In this document: in pieces, positions 20,696 to 31,615 of the stretch
Layout: each line of letters starts with the position of its first letter
Numbering within the stretch: the stretch's first letter is position 1
Assembly: GCA_031409275.1 (NCBI GenBank)
Contig: JANNXA010000022.1
Location: 64,001 to 128,000, forward strand
DNA: 64,000 nt
Source of the DNA: Planctomycetota bacterium
Lineage (GTDB): Bacteria; Planctomycetota; B15-G4; SIAN01
Reading direction: 5' to 3'
Notes under the pieces: model-generated
Told to the model about the DNA's origin: nothing
The model's database searches: none
What the model saw: only the letters and a program-made list of their open reading frames with translations
Translations under genes and position numbers: made by a program

Positions 20696-21766
20696 ATGGT
20701 GGCAACGAGGGTGGCGGTCTGGTTCGGCGGTCCGTCCGCTGAACACGAAATCTCGATTCGCAGCGCCGACGGCCTGATTGGCTGGCTTTCGGCGGGCGGC
20801 CTCGCCGTCGACGCCTTCCACTGGCGACGCGATGGACTCGTGGCGTGCGCTCGGCTGGAGCCGGGCGCCGCGCGGGAGCAGGAGGCGTCCGCGCTCGCCG
20901 CGGACGCTGCTCCGGCGTTGCCGCTCTTCGCCGCGCTCGAGCGGCTGGCCCGCGACTGCGACGTCGGTTTCCCGATCGTCCATGGCCGAATGGGCGAGGA
21001 TGGCTCGCTGCAGGGATTGCTGCGAGTGATCGGCAAGCCATGCGTCGGCGCCGGCGTGCTCGGGTCGGCGTTGGCGATGGACAAGCAACGCACCAAGGAA
21101 CTGCTGATGGGGGCGACCACGCTGCGCCTGCCGCGTGGCGTCGCCTTCGGCTTGCACGAATGCCGCGAGGGGGCGCGCGTCGTCGAGCGCACGAGCCACC
21201 TGCCGACCCCGCTGATCGTGAAGCCGGTCGACGGCGGCTCGAGCTTCGGGCTGGCGTGCGTCGACGCGCGTTGCGAGTTGCCGGCTGCCGTCGCTCGTGC
21301 GGCGCAGGTCGAGGGCGCGAGCGGTGTGCTTGTCGAGGAGCGCATCGAGGGCGACGAGGTGACTTGCGCGCTGATCGGCGACGCGGAGATCGGCATCGAG
21401 GCGTTCCCGCCGATCCTGATTCGCCCGCGCCACGGGGGAATGTTCGACCTCGAGGCGAAGTACACGCCAGGCGCGAGCGACGAGATCTGCCCCGCACCGC
21501 TGCCGCCCGCCGCGCTTCGTCGGATCGAGGCGGCCGCCACGGAGGCGTACCGTGCGTTGGGGGCGAGCGGCTTCGCGCGCGCGGACTTCATCCTGCGCGA
21601 TGGCGTGCCGTGGTTCCTCGAACTCAACACGCTCCCCGGCCTCACGCGCGAATCGCTCTTCCCGAAGGCGGCGCTCGCGGCCGGTTACCAACTGCCCGCG
21701 CTCTTTCGTCAGCTCGTGGAGCGAGCGCTCCGCGGACGGCGCGCGTTCGTGGCGACGCCGCGATGA
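20696..21766 (+). CDS. ddl: D-alanine--D-alanine ligase
   Basis: FGGPSAEHEIS, HGRMGEDGSLQG, AMDK, VKP..GGSSFG, FDLEAKY and ELNTLPGLT. Confidence 0.93.
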   Translation: MVATRVAVWFGGPSAEHEISIRSADGLIGWLSAGGLAVDAFHWRRDGLVACARLEPGAAREQEASALAADAAPALPLFAALERLARDCDVGFPIVHGRMGEDGSLQGLLRVIGKPCVGAGVLGSALAMDKQRTKELLMGATTLRLPRGVAFGLHECREGARVVERTSHLPTPLIVKPVDGGSSFGLACVDARCELPAAVARAAQVEGASGVLVEERIEGDEVTCALIGDAEIGIEAFPPILIRPRHGGMFDLEAKYTPGASDEICPAPLPPAALRRIEAAATEAYRALGASGFARADFILRDGVPWFLELNTLPGLTRESLFPKAALAAGYQLPALFRQLVERALRGRRAFVATPR

Positions 21767-22500
21767 TTCGCGTCGTCGTCAATGGCGCCGGCGGCCGCAT
21801 GGGGCGCCTCGCGTGCGCCGCGATCGAGTCGTCGGGAGACCTCGCGTTGGCGGGGCGCTGCGGTCGCGGCGATCCGCTGGCGAGGGTCATCGCCGAGAGT
21901 GGCGCGCAGGTGGTGGTCGACTTCACCCTGCCCGCCGTCGCGCTTGCGAATGCGATGGCGATCGTCGAAGCGGGGGCGGCGCCAGTCATCGGGACCAGCG
22001 GACTCGATGCGACGGCCTTGGGCAAGCTCGCCGAGTGCTGTCGCGCGCAGCGACGGGGCGGACTCGTCGCGCCAAACTTCGCGATCGGCGCAGTGTTGAT
22101 GATGCGTTTCGCGACGATCGCCGCGCGCCACCTGGGCCACGCCGAGATCGTCGAGGCGCACCATTCGGGCAAGGTCGACGCCCCGAGCGGTACGGCCGCG
22201 GCGACCGCCGCTGGCATGGCGGCCGCACGCGTGGCGGCCGGGCTCGTGCCTCTGCCGCTCGCAGGCGGCGGCGCGGCGCGCGGCGTTTCGCACGAAGGGA
22301 TCGCCATCCACAGCGTCCGGTTGCCAGGCGTCGTCGCCGAGCAATCCGTGCTGTTTGGCGAAGTCGGGCAGAAGCTCGAGATTCGCCACGTCGCCTACGG
22401 TCGCGAGGCCTACATGCCCGGCGTGCTGCTCGCGTGCCGGCGCGTGGGCGCGCTCGATCGCCTCGTCGTCGGGCTCGACTCGCTGCTCTTCGACGAGTGA
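21763..22500 (+). CDS. dapB: 4-hydroxy-tetrahydrodipicolinate reductase
   Basis: GAGGRMG, DFT, VIGTSG, APNFAIGA, EAHHSGKVDAPSGTA and IHSVRLPG. Confidence 0.96.
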   Translation: MIRVVVNGAGGRMGRLACAAIESSGDLALAGRCGRGDPLARVIAESGAQVVVDFTLPAVALANAMAIVEAGAAPVIGTSGLDATALGKLAECCRAQRRGGLVAPNFAIGAVLMMRFATIAARHLGHAEIVEAHHSGKVDAPSGTAAATAAGMAAARVAAGLVPLPLAGGGAARGVSHEGIAIHSVRLPGVVAEQSVLFGEVGQKLEIRHVAYGREAYMPGVLLACRRVGALDRLVVGLDSLLFDE

Positions 22501-22525
22501 TGCGGCCGGCGCGGCCGCGACACGT

Positions 22526-23530
22526 TCAAGCGGGCGTCCAGCTCCGCAGCACTCGCGCGTAGTTGGCGCGCTCGAATTCGCGCGGCGCGGGGCAGTGGCG
22601 ATGGCTCATCGTCCCGATCATCGGAGCGACGGCGCGCCAGTCGTGTTCCTCGAGCCAGGTCTCGAGCTCGCGGCGCAGCGTCGCGATGCGGCCGACGCCG
22701 TGCATCAGCAGCACCGACACCACCTGGACGACCGCGGCGCCGCATTGCAGTGCCTTGACGACGTCCAGGCCGTGGTGGACGCCGCCCGTCAGCGCCAGCG
22801 CCGCCGAGACGCGGCCATGCAGGATCGCGATCCAGCGCAGCCGCAGGTTCAGTTCCGCCGGTGTCGAGAGCCGCAGCAGCGGAGTCACCTCGAGCGCCGC
22901 CGGGTCCACGTCGGGCTGATAGAAACGATTGAAGAGGACGATCCCGTCCGCACCCGCCGCCGTGACGCGCGCGGCGACGTTGGGCAACGAGGTGAAGAAC
23001 GGGGAGAGCTTGACCGCGAGCGGGATGCGGATGCGACGGCGCACCTCGGCCACCACCGCGACGAGCGCCTCCTCGATGGCGGCGGCCGGTCGTTCGGCCT
23101 CGGTGGCGAGGTCGTAGAGGTTGAGTTCGAGCGCGTCGGCGCCCGCCTGCTCGATCCGGGCGGCGAAGTCGGTCCACCCTTCGGGGGTCGTGCCGTTCAG
23201 CGAAGCGATCACGGGCACGGCGACGGCGCGCTTCACTCGCGCGAGGTGCTCGAGGTACTCCTCCGGCCCGAACACGAACTCGCCGGCGTCGGGGAGGAAG
23301 CTGCCCGCTTCCGCAAAGGAGTTCGAGTGCGAGTCGGCGGCGCGCGAAAGCGCGAGCTGCTCGTTCACCACTTGCTCCTCGAACAGCGAACGCAGCGCGA
23401 TCAGCGGCGCGCCGGCGTCTTCGAGTCTCCGAACGCCGTCGAGGTCGTCGGCGAGCGGCCCGGCGCCCGGCACGATCGGGTGGGGCAGCGTGAATCCGAG
23501 CCAACGGGTCGAGAGGTCCATGTCATTCAT
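22526..23530 (-). CDS. Dihydroorotate dehydrogenase-like flavoprotein (PFOR-associated)
   Basis: SLFEEQ, VIASLNG, ADALELNLY, VKLSPFF, LFNRFYQPD and LRWIAIL; overlaps the nifJ stop. Confidence 0.9.
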   Translation of the reverse strand: MNDMDLSTRWLGFTLPHPIVPGAGPLADDLDGVRRLEDAGAPLIALRSLFEEQVVNEQLALSRAADSHSNSFAEAGSFLPDAGEFVFGPEEYLEHLARVKRAVAVPVIASLNGTTPEGWTDFAARIEQAGADALELNLYDLATEAERPAAAIEEALVAVVAEVRRRIRIPLAVKLSPFFTSLPNVAARVTAAGADGIVLFNRFYQPDVDPAALEVTPLLRLSTPAELNLRLRWIAILHGRVSAALALTGGVHHGLDVVKALQCGAAVVQVVSVLLMHGVGRIATLRRELETWLEEHDWRAVAPMIGTMSHRHCPAPREFERANYARVLRSWTPA

Positions 23531-26500
23531 CCCTGCTTCGCGAGTTCGAGTTTGGCGAGGTGTTCGTACACCTTGAGGCGTCGTTCCATTTCCGCTTGCG
23601 CCGCGACTGCGAGCTTCTGGAAGCGGACCGGATCGGCGCGTTCCACCATGCGGAAGCGCGCCTCGGCCGCCATGTAGTCGCGCACCTTGACCGTCGGCGC
23701 GCCCGAATCGAGCTGCAGCGGCGGCAACCCTTGCGCGACGCGGCGCGGGTCGTAGCGGTAGAGCGGCCAGATGCCGGAAGCGACCGCCTTGTGCTGCTGG
23801 TCGAGGCCGTGCGACAAGTCGTAGCCATGCGCGATGCAGTGGCTGTAGGCGATGACGAGCGCCGGTCCCGGGTAGCTCTCCGCCTCCTGCAGCGCCTGCA
23901 CGGTCTGGGCATCCTTCGCGCCGAAGGCGATCGAGGCGACGTAGACGTTGCCGTAGCTCATCGCGATGAGGCCGAGGTCCTTCTTGTGCGCTTCCTTGCC
24001 AAGGACGGCGAACTTGGCCGATGCGCCGAGCGGCGTCGCCTTGCTCTGCTGGCCGCCGGTGTTGGAGTAGACCTCGGTGTCGAGCACGAGCGCCTTCACC
24101 GCGCGACCGCTGGCGAGGACGTGGTCGAGGCCGCCGAACCCGATGTCGTAGGCCCAGCCGTCGCCGCCGATCAGCCAGACGCTCTTGCGCACGAGGTCGT
24201 CGACGATCGAGGCGAGCAGCGCGGCGTCCGGTGTGGTGAGCCGCGCCAGGGCGGTGCGCAGCGATTCGACCTGAACGCGGCGCTGGCGACGCGCGGACTC
24301 GGTCGGCTCCTCGGCGGCCTGCAGCGCGGCAACCAGCTCGCCGGGCAGCAACGAGGCCAGCCCGGCCAGCTTCTCGCGAGCGAGCGTCGCGCGCGAATCG
24401 AGTGCGAGACGCATTCCGAGGCCGAACTCGGCGTTGTCCTCGAAGAGCGAGTTGCTCCACGCCGGACCGCGCCCATTCGCGTCGGTGCACCACGGGGTCG
24501 TCGGCAGGTTGCCCCCATAGATCGAAGAGCAACCGGTCGCGTTCGCGACGACGAGACGGTCGCCGAAGAGCTGCGAGAGCAGGCGCACGTAGGGCGTCTC
24601 GCCGCAGCCGGCACACGCTCCTGAGAACTCGAACAACGGGGCGAGGAACTGCGAGCCCTTCACGTCGACGCGCTCGATCGATTCGCGCGGCGGCAGCGGC
24701 AGTTTCTCGAAGTAGGCGAATCGCTCGCGTTCCCGCGCGGCGACCTCGTCGTGCGCCGCCATCTCGAGCGCGCGGTGCCGGGGATCGGTGCGGTCCTTGG
24801 CCGGGCAGACGATCGCGCACAGCTTGCAGCCGGTGCAGTCGTCCGGCGTGACCTGGACGGTGTAGCGATGGCCGGGGTGCTCGCGGCCGTGGTAGGGGGT
24901 GGAGAGGAACCCGTCCGGCGGATCGACGAGCGCCGACTCGGGATAGACGTTGACCCGGATGGCCGAATGCGGGCAGACGAAGGCGCACTTGTTGCACTGC
25001 ACGCAGATCGCCGGATCCCACACCGGAACTGCCGTCGCGATGTCGCGCTTCTCGAAGCGCGCGGTGCCGCTCGGCCAGGTGCCGTCGGGCGGAAAGGCGC
25101 TGACGGGAAGCAGGTCGCCTTGATCGGCGAGCATCATCGCGGTGACGCGCTGCACGAAGTCGGGAGCGTGTTCCGGCACCACGGGCGGACGCCAACGATG
25201 CGCCGTCGCCCGCTCCGGCAGCCGCACCTGCTGCAAGTGGGCCAGCGCGGCGCGCGCCGCGACGACGTTCCGGCGCACGATCTCGTCGCCCTTCTTCCCG
25301 TAGCTCTTGGCGATGTCCTGCTCGATCGCCGCGATCGCTTCGTCGATCGGCATGAGTCCGGTGAGGTGGAAGAAGCAGACCTGCATCGGCGTATTGATGC
25401 GACCGTCGATTCCCGCTTCGCGGGCGATCTTGTGGGCGTCGACGACGTAAAAATCTAGGCGCTTCTCGATCAGCTGTTCTTGGACCTCGCGCGGCAGCCG
25501 TTCGAAGACCTCTTCGGCGCCATACGGCGAGTTCAGCAGGAACGTCGCTCCGAGCTCGGCGGTGGCGAGGACGTCGACGCGGTCCAGGAAGTGGAACTGG
25601 TGGCAGGCGACGAATCCAGCGCGCCGGATGAGGCAGGCCGTGCGGATCGGTCGCCGGGAGAAGCGCAGGTGCGAGACGGTGCGAGCGCCCGACTTCTTCG
25701 AGTCGTAGACGAAGTAGCCCTGCACTTCGCGGTCGCTGTGGTCGCCGACGATCTTGATCGTGCCCTTGTTCGCGCCGACCGTCCCATCCGCGCCGAGCCC
25801 GTGGAAGACGCAGCGCACGACGTCGCTCTCGTCGAGCTCGAATTCAGGATCGATGTCGAGCGAGCGCTGGGTCACGTCGTCGACGATGCCGACCGTGAAG
25901 TGGTTCTTCGGCTCCATTCGCGCGGCCTCATCGAGGCACGCCTTCACCATCGCCGGAGTGAACTCCTTGCTCGACAGTCCGTAGCGGCCACCGATCACCC
26001 GTACCGTCGGCGCACCCGCGGGTCGCTCGGACAGCGCGGCGATCACGTCGAGGTAGAGCGGGTCGCCGACGCTTCCGGGCTCCTTGGTGCGATCGAGGAC
26101 GATGAGCGACTTCACGCTGGCCGGAATCGCGGCAACGAACCGCGCGGCCGCGAAGGGGCGGAACAGCCGAACGACGAGCACTCCCACCTTTTCGCCATTG
26201 GCGCAGAGCGCTTCGACGGTCGCGCGCGCCGTCTGTGCGCCCGACCCCATCAGCACCACCACGCGCTGCGCGTCCGGTGCGCCGAAGTACTCGTAGGGGA
26301 GGTAGCGCCGGCCGGTGCGTTCGGCGAAGCGCGCCATCTGCTGCTCGACGATCGCCGGGACGGCGTCGTGAAAGGGGTTCGCGGCTTCGCGCGCCTGGAA
26401 GAAGGTGTCGGGGTTCTGCGCCGTCCCGCGCACCACCGGACGATCGGGAGTGAGGCCGCGCGCGCGGTGCGCAGCGATCGCGCCGTCGGGCAGCAGCGCA

Positions 26501-27078
26501 CGCAGATCATCGTCGGAGAGGAGTGCGATCTTGGTCACCTCGTGCGAGGTGCGAAACCCATCGAAGAAGTGGAGGAACGGCACTCGCGCTTCGAACGTCG
26601 CGGCCTGGGCGATGCAGGCGAAGTCGTGCGCCTCCTGGACCGAGCCGGACGAGAGCATCGCGAAGCCGGTCGCGCGGCACGCCATCACGTCGGAGTGGTC
26701 GCCGAAGATCGAGAGCGCGTGGGTCGCGACGGTGCGCGCGGCGACATGGATGCAGCAGGCGGTGAGCTCGCCCGCGATCTTGTAGAGGTTCGGGATCATC
26801 AGCAGCAGGCCTTGCGACGCGGTGAACGTCGTCGCCAGCGCACCGGCTTGCAGCGCGCCGTGAATGGCGCCGGCAGCGCCCGCCTCCGACTGCATCTCGA
26901 CGACCTGCGGGATGCTGCCCCAGAGGTTGCGACGTGACTTCGCGGACCATTCGTCAGCGAGCTCGCCCATCGTCGAGGAGGGGGTGATCGGGTAGACCGC
27001 GATCACCTCGTTGGTCCGGTAGGCGACCGAGGCGACCGCCTCGTTTCCATCGACCGTCGCTCGCTGCGCTTCGACCAC
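23527..27078 (-). CDS. nifJ: Pyruvate:ferredoxin/flavodoxin oxidoreductase
   Basis: [24 protein letters not shown], two ferredoxin Cys motifs, [23 protein letters not shown] and [14 protein letters not shown] start at 27078 after GGAGG. Confidence 0.98.
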   Translation of the reverse strand: MVEAQRATVDGNEAVASVAYRTNEVIAVYPITPSSTMGELADEWSAKSRRNLWGSIPQVVEMQSEAGAAGAIHGALQAGALATTFTASQGLLLMIPNLYKIAGELTACCIHVAARTVATHALSIFGDHSDVMACRATGFAMLSSGSVQEAHDFACIAQAATFEARVPFLHFFDGFRTSHEVTKIALLSDDDLRALLPDGAIAAHRARGLTPDRPVVRGTAQNPDTFFQAREAANPFHDAVPAIVEQQMARFAERTGRRYLPYEYFGAPDAQRVVVLMGSGAQTARATVEALCANGEKVGVLVVRLFRPFAAARFVAAIPASVKSLIVLDRTKEPGSVGDPLYLDVIAALSERPAGAPTVRVIGGRYGLSSKEFTPAMVKACLDEAARMEPKNHFTVGIVDDVTQRSLDIDPEFELDESDVVRCVFHGLGADGTVGANKGTIKIVGDHSDREVQGYFVYDSKKSGARTVSHLRFSRRPIRTACLIRRAGFVACHQFHFLDRVDVLATAELGATFLLNSPYGAEEVFERLPREVQEQLIEKRLDFYVVDAHKIAREAGIDGRINTPMQVCFFHLTGLMPIDEAIAAIEQDIAKSYGKKGDEIVRRNVVAARAALAHLQQVRLPERATAHRWRPPVVPEHAPDFVQRVTAMMLADQGDLLPVSAFPPDGTWPSGTARFEKRDIATAVPVWDPAICVQCNKCAFVCPHSAIRVNVYPESALVDPPDGFLSTPYHGREHPGHRYTVQVTPDDCTGCKLCAIVCPAKDRTDPRHRALEMAAHDEVAARERERFAYFEKLPLPPRESIERVDVKGSQFLAPLFEFSGACAGCGETPYVRLLSQLFGDRLVVANATGCSSIYGGNLPTTPWCTDANGRGPAWSNSLFEDNAEFGLGMRLALDSRATLAREKLAGLASLLPGELVAALQAAEEPTESARRQRRVQVESLRTALARLTTPDAALLASIVDDLVRKSVWLIGGDGWAYDIGFGGLDHVLASGRAVKALVLDTEVYSNTGGQQSKATPLGASAKFAVLGKEAHKKDLGLIAMSYGNVYVASIAFGAKDAQTVQALQEAESYPGPALVIAYSHCIAHGYDLSHGLDQQHKAVASGIWPLYRYDPRRVAQGLPPLQLDSGAPTVKVRDYMAAEARFRMVERADPVRFQKLAVAAQAEMERRLKVYEHLAKLELAKQG

Positions 27079-27315
27079 CCGATGCCCTCCCTGTCGTGCC
27101 TGCGACGCCCGCGGGGCGCTGCAACGAGTCGCCAACGCAAACGACGGGGGCGCTCGGCTGGCGCCGGGAGTGCCGGTGCTTCGCCCGGCGGATCGCCGGC
27201 GATTCAGGCACACCTTCCCGATCGTCGGGGAAGCGAACGCGCCGGCTTCTTCAGGGCGGCCGCGTCTGCTACAAGCGTTGCCCCAAAGCCGCGCTTCGCG
27301 TGCGGCGGGTCACGT

Positions 27316-27401
27316 GCCGGGGTGGCGGAACGGCAGACGCGGTGGACTCAAAATCCACTGTCCGCAAGGACGTGAGGGTTCAAGTCCCTCCCTCGGCACC
27401 A
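27316..27401 (+). tRNA. tRNA-Leu(CAA)
   Basis: GCCGGGGTGGCGGAACGGCAGACGCG-GTGGA-CTCAAAA-TCCAC...GGTTCAAGTCCC...CGGCACCA. Confidence 0.97.
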
Positions 27402-27555
27402 ACGCATCGAGTCGCGCGGAGTGGCGGGCCACGTTCGCGATCGACAACGCGAACGCTCGTACATGTCGTCGCGGACGTGAGGCGGAGCGAGTGGGGCGCG
27501 CTGGAGCGAATGCTTGCGGACGGCCGCGCGACGACCTAGAGTCGGCCCCCCTCAT

Positions 27556-27630
27556 GGGCGGTTAACTCAGCGGTAGAGTACTATCCTCACACGGTAGGAG
27601 TCACAGGTTCAAATCCTGTACCGCCCACCA
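27556..27630 (+). tRNA. tRNA-Val(CAC)
   Basis: GGGCGGTTAACTCAGCGGTAGAGTA-CTATC-CTCACAC-GGTAG...GGTTCAAATCC...CCGCCCACCA. Confidence 0.96.
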
Positions 27631-27850
27631 ACGGCTGCGCCGGTCGCGCGCACCATTGCGGCTACTTCGGCGCCGCCACCGTTGGCGAAAGATCTTCCGT
27701 CGTTCCGCTGGCGGCTGCGCGGAGGCCCGTCGAACAGTCGACGTCAGAGGTCGACGTGTCGAGCGTGCGCTCCGATCCGTAGCCTTCTGCCGAACGCTCG
27801 GCTGAGTCGACGAGGAAGCTGAGTTCACCGGGAAGTAGGAGCTGTCGCCG

Positions 27851-28840
27851 ATGCCGATGCTTGCAGCTCTATTGGCCTCGCTCTCGCTCGTTCCGCAAGC
27901 GACCGCCTCGGCCGGTGCCGCGACCCCGCCGCCCATCGCCGTCGCCCAGAGCACGCCGAGCGCGACGGTCGCGGCCCCGCGTGGAGCGGCTTTGTTGCGC
28001 TCGACGATCCGTGTCGCCTCGAACAGCCTGTTCGCGAAACCGCGGGTCGCCACTCCGGCGCAGCGGCGTGGCACGCCAAACTCGGCAGCGACGTTTCTGG
28101 CTCCGGCTGGTGCCGCCGTTCCGGCCGGTGCGGCGTCGGCGTTCGCGTCGCTCCTGGCCGGTGCCGGAGGATCCTCGTTGTCGTCGGCGGCCGGTCCGTT
28201 GCACTTCGGTCCCGGCGGATCGCGCTTGCCGGCCGTCGTACTCCAAGCGCTCGAGCGTGGGCCCATCAGCGAGCGCGAGGCCGACGTCCTGGTCGAGCTG
28301 CTGCTCAGCTCTGACTTGAGCTCGGCGTTGGGCGCGAGCGATGGCCGACTCCTCGATGACCTCCCCGACCCCGATCTCAGTCAGGTTGCCGAACTGCTCG
28401 ACGGGGCGCCGGTCGACCTAGCCAGCGCGCCGCTCGACGCGGCTCGGCTGCGCGAGTGGTTCGAGCGACTCGACATCTCGAAGGACCAGGCGGTGTCGTT
28501 CCTGGAGTGGCGCGACGTGACCGCTGCGCCATTGGCCTTGTTCCGCTCGCTCGATGAAGAGCGCGACGGCCTCGTGCGATTCGACGAATTCGCACGCGCG
28601 ATTCTGGTGAACACGGCCCGCGAAGGTCGCCGTGCCGTCGATCCGGAGCTCCTTGCCTGGGCGCGCGCTTCGCTGGACGAGACGTCGGCGACCGTGACCC
28701 CGCTCGACCCTGCCGAGCTCGAGTCCCTGACCGACGCTCAGGTGCTCGCGCGAGCGCGGGCCGAGATCGCGGCAGCCGCGGCGCTTCAGGCGGCGGCGAC
28801 TGCAGCGACGGTGCCTGCTGCCAAGAAGGCTGGCGGCTGA
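27851..28840 (+). CDS. Secreted hypothetical protein with two EF-hand-like motifs
   Basis: Signal-like N-terminus, Ala/Pro-rich linker, FERLDISKDQAVSFLEW and FRSLDEERDGLVRFDEF. Confidence 0.65.
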   Translation: MPMLAALLASLSLVPQATASAGAATPPPIAVAQSTPSATVAAPRGAALLRSTIRVASNSLFAKPRVATPAQRRGTPNSAATFLAPAGAAVPAGAASAFASLLAGAGGSSLSSAAGPLHFGPGGSRLPAVVLQALERGPISEREADVLVELLLSSDLSSALGASDGRLLDDLPDPDLSQVAELLDGAPVDLASAPLDAARLREWFERLDISKDQAVSFLEWRDVTAAPLALFRSLDEERDGLVRFDEFARAILVNTAREGRRAVDPELLAWARASLDETSATVTPLDPAELESLTDAQVLARARAEIAAAAALQAAATAATVPAAKKAGG

Positions 28841-28877
28841 CCACCGCCTTCGTCGCGCGCGCCTGCTCGATCGCGCT

Positions 28878-29627
28878 TCAGGGAGCTTTTCGCTCGCGTT
28901 CGGCGACGATCGCGAGGAATGCTTCCTCGAGGTCGGGTGTGCCGGTGCGAGCGAGCAGCTCCGCTGGCGTCCCTTCGGCGACGAGCCGGCCGTCGAGCAT
29001 GACACCGACGCGATCGGCCAGCTTGGCAGCCTCCGACATCACGTGAGTCGAGAAGAGCACGGTCTTGCCATCGCTGCGGCAACCGCGGATCAGCTCGATG
29101 ATGGCGCGGGCCGCGAGGACGTCGAGGCCCGCCGTCGGCTCATCGAGGATCAGCACCGGCGGATCGTGCACGATGGTGCGCGCGATGCCGACCTTCTGTT
29201 TCTGACCCATCGAGAGCTTGTCGCAGCGGCGATCGAGGAACTCCTCCATCTGCAGGCGCGCGGCGAGCTGCGTGATGCGCACGGGAATGGCCGCTTCGGG
29301 AACGGAGAAAAGTCGCGCGAAGTAGGTCACGACCTCGCGCGCCGTGAGCCTCCCGTACGGTGCGGTGTTTCCCGTAAGGAATCCGATCGAAGCACGGATG
29401 CGCTCCGGAGCGTCAAGGCCGTGGCCGCAGACGCGAAGCGTTCCCGACGTCGGCTCGAGCGTGGTCGCGATCATGCGAAGCGTCGACGTCTTGCCCGCGC
29501 CGTTGGGGCCGAGCAACGCGTACACCTTCGCCGGATCGCAGCGGAAACGGACGCCGTCGACCGCTCGCTTGGCGGCGGTCCGCCGGGAGGCCGCGTACTC
29601 CTTGGTTAGATCCTCGACTTCGATCAT
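28878..29627 (-). CDS. ABC transporter ATP-binding subunit (NatA-like)
   Basis: [28 protein letters not shown] and FSTH. Confidence 0.92.
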   Translation of the reverse strand: MIEVEDLTKEYAASRRTAAKRAVDGVRFRCDPAKVYALLGPNGAGKTSTLRMIATTLEPTSGTLRVCGHGLDAPERIRASIGFLTGNTAPYGRLTAREVVTYFARLFSVPEAAIPVRITQLAARLQMEEFLDRRCDKLSMGQKQKVGIARTIVHDPPVLILDEPTAGLDVLAARAIIELIRGCRSDGKTVLFSTHVMSEAAKLADRVGVMLDGRLVAEGTPAELLARTGTPDLEEAFLAIVAERERKAP

Positions 29628-29731
29628 CTTGGGCTCGCTCTCCGCAAGGCCGCGATACCCTACGCCGGCGCACCCGGGATGCAAAGCATCGAACCGGCCA
29701 ATGGACGGCGATTGAAACAGGAGGCCGCTGG

Positions 29732-30379
29732 ATGGGGCGCGAAGCGGAAGCGAGCGGAGTGGCGCACGAACGCGCGCGTCGCGCGGTGTTCGGGTTCCTC
29801 GGCTCTGCGATCCTCCATGAGACGAACAACGTCCTCACCGTCATGGCCGGTGTGCGGCAGTTGTTGAAGGCGGGTATTTCGCTCTCCGATCGAGTCGGCG
29901 GGATGATCGACCAGCAGCTCAGCCGAATGGAGGAGCTCGTCGGATGGATCCGACGGCTCGGCCCCGACGATGGCGAAGCCGGTGCGCCGGTGCGCGACCT
30001 GGCGTTCGTCCTCGAATCGGTCGAGCGCATCGTCCAGCTCGTTGGCAAGGGGCGCGGGATCAAGGTCGAGCGGGACGCTGAAGTCGGGCGGCGCGCCCTC
30101 GATTCCGAGGCTGCCGGCCTCGCGCTGCTTTGCGTGATGCTGCCGCTGCTGCCGGTGCGAGGCCGCCCGGGCGTCGCCTTCGCGTTGAGTGGAAAAGCAG
30201 CGGCCGGTTCGGTTCGCATCACCATGCGCTGCGCGCCTTCGGCGTTGCCGGCGGGGGACGAACCCGAATGGCGGCGGGCGCGCGAGCTTGCAGTCGCGGC
30301 GCGAGGCGCACTCTCGACGCGGTCGGACGGCGACGCGGTCGTCGCGGAGCTTGATCTTCCGATCGCTGACTCAGTGTAA
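29732..30379 (+). CDS. Histidine-kinase-like protein with an H-box but a degenerate ATPase domain (putative histidine phosphotransferase)
   Basis: AILHETNNVLTVMAG H-box; no N, G1 or G2 boxes; CAGGAGG RBS. Confidence 0.65.
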   Translation: MGREAEASGVAHERARRAVFGFLGSAILHETNNVLTVMAGVRQLLKAGISLSDRVGGMIDQQLSRMEELVGWIRRLGPDDGEAGAPVRDLAFVLESVERIVQLVGKGRGIKVERDAEVGRRALDSEAAGLALLCVMLPLLPVRGRPGVAFALSGKAAAGSVRITMRCAPSALPAGDEPEWRRARELAVAARGALSTRSDGDAVVAELDLPIADSV

Positions 30380-30414
30380 AACGAGGTCCCTTCGACTCTT
30401 GGAGAACGTTCATC

Positions 30415-31575
30415 GTGCGTCTTCCCGCTGCTACGTCGTCGCTCGCGATCGCCGCCACTGCGCTGCTGCTCTCGGCTTGCGGCAGCTCGAATGAGTGTCC
30501 GCTCGGGCCTTGCCCGCTGAGCGAGATTCACGCCGCCGACGCCACGCAGGCTCGCGATCTGATGGCGAAGTACGACCAGGGTCCAGCGAAGCCGGTCGAG
30601 GCGCACCCGAAGGAGACGCACCTCAAGAACGTGCGTCAGCTGACCTTCGCCGGTCAGAACGCGGAGTGCTACTTCTCGTTCGATGGGACCGAGTTCATCT
30701 TCCAGTCGACGCGAGGCGATCTTGCGGCCGACCAGATGTTCACCATGGATCTCGCCGCGGGACATCTGCGCCTGGTGAGTTCGGGTCTCGGCAAGACGAC
30801 CTGCGGCTATTTCCTGCCTGGCGCCAAGCGGATCATCTACGCGTCGACGCACGCCGATTCGCCGACGCCGCCGGCGCCGCCCGACTACCAGAAGTACGGC
30901 TACGTCTGGAAGTTCAACGCCGGCTTCGACCTCTTCGAGGCGGACCGCGATGGCCGCGACGTCCGTCGTCTCACCGCGACGCCGGGGTACGACGCCGAAG
31001 GCACGATTTCGAACGATGGGAAGTGGATCGTCTTCACCTCGATGCGCGACGGCGACCTCGATCTCTACAAGATGCGCATCGACGGCAGCGACGTCACGCG
31101 CCTGACGCACGAGCTCGGCTATGACGGCGGCGCCTTCTTCACGCCCGACGGCAAGCGCATCGTCTACCGCGGTTTCACGCCCACGACGCCCGAAGAGCAG
31201 AAGGGCTACCGCGACATGATGGAACTCGGGATGTGGCGGCCGGGCCCGCTCGAGCTGCGGATCATGGATGCCGACGGCGGCAACAAGCGCACCTTCTTCG
31301 CCAACGTCGCGTCGAACTGGGCGCCGTTCATGTTGCCGGACGGGGAGCGCGTGGTCTTCTCCTCGAACCTCCACGACCCGAACCCGAAGAACCGCAACTT
31401 CGACCTCTACATGGTGCGCGTCGACGGCAGCGGGCTGGAGCGCATCACCTACGACGAGCAGTTCGACGGCTTCCCGATGTTCAGCCCGAACGGCAAGCAG
31501 CTCGTGTGGGCCGCGAATCGCCACGGCGCGCAGCCGCGCGATACCAACCTCTTCCTGGCCGACTGGGTCGAATGA
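30415..31575 (+). CDS. TolB-like PD40 beta-propeller lipoprotein
   Basis: Lipobox LSAC; repeated FSxDGxxI(V/I)F blades (NAECYFSFDG, YDAEGTISNDG, YDGGAFFTPDG, FDGFPMFSPNG). Confidence 0.88.
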   Translation: MRLPAATSSLAIAATALLLSACGSSNECPLGPCPLSEIHAADATQARDLMAKYDQGPAKPVEAHPKETHLKNVRQLTFAGQNAECYFSFDGTEFIFQSTRGDLAADQMFTMDLAAGHLRLVSSGLGKTTCGYFLPGAKRIIYASTHADSPTPPAPPDYQKYGYVWKFNAGFDLFEADRDGRDVRRLTATPGYDAEGTISNDGKWIVFTSMRDGDLDLYKMRIDGSDVTRLTHELGYDGGAFFTPDGKRIVYRGFTPTTPEEQKGYRDMMELGMWRPGPLELRIMDADGGNKRTFFANVASNWAPFMLPDGERVVFSSNLHDPNPKNRNFDLYMVRVDGSGLERITYDEQFDGFPMFSPNGKQLVWAANRHGAQPRDTNLFLADWVE

Positions 31576-31615
31576 TCGGCGCGACCCGGTCCGCAGCCGG
31601 ATCAGCTCCCGAGGA

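Noticed and set aside
22526..27078. PFOR plus DHOD-like gene pair as a novel system
   Set aside because: This pairing is a recurrent, already known arrangement.
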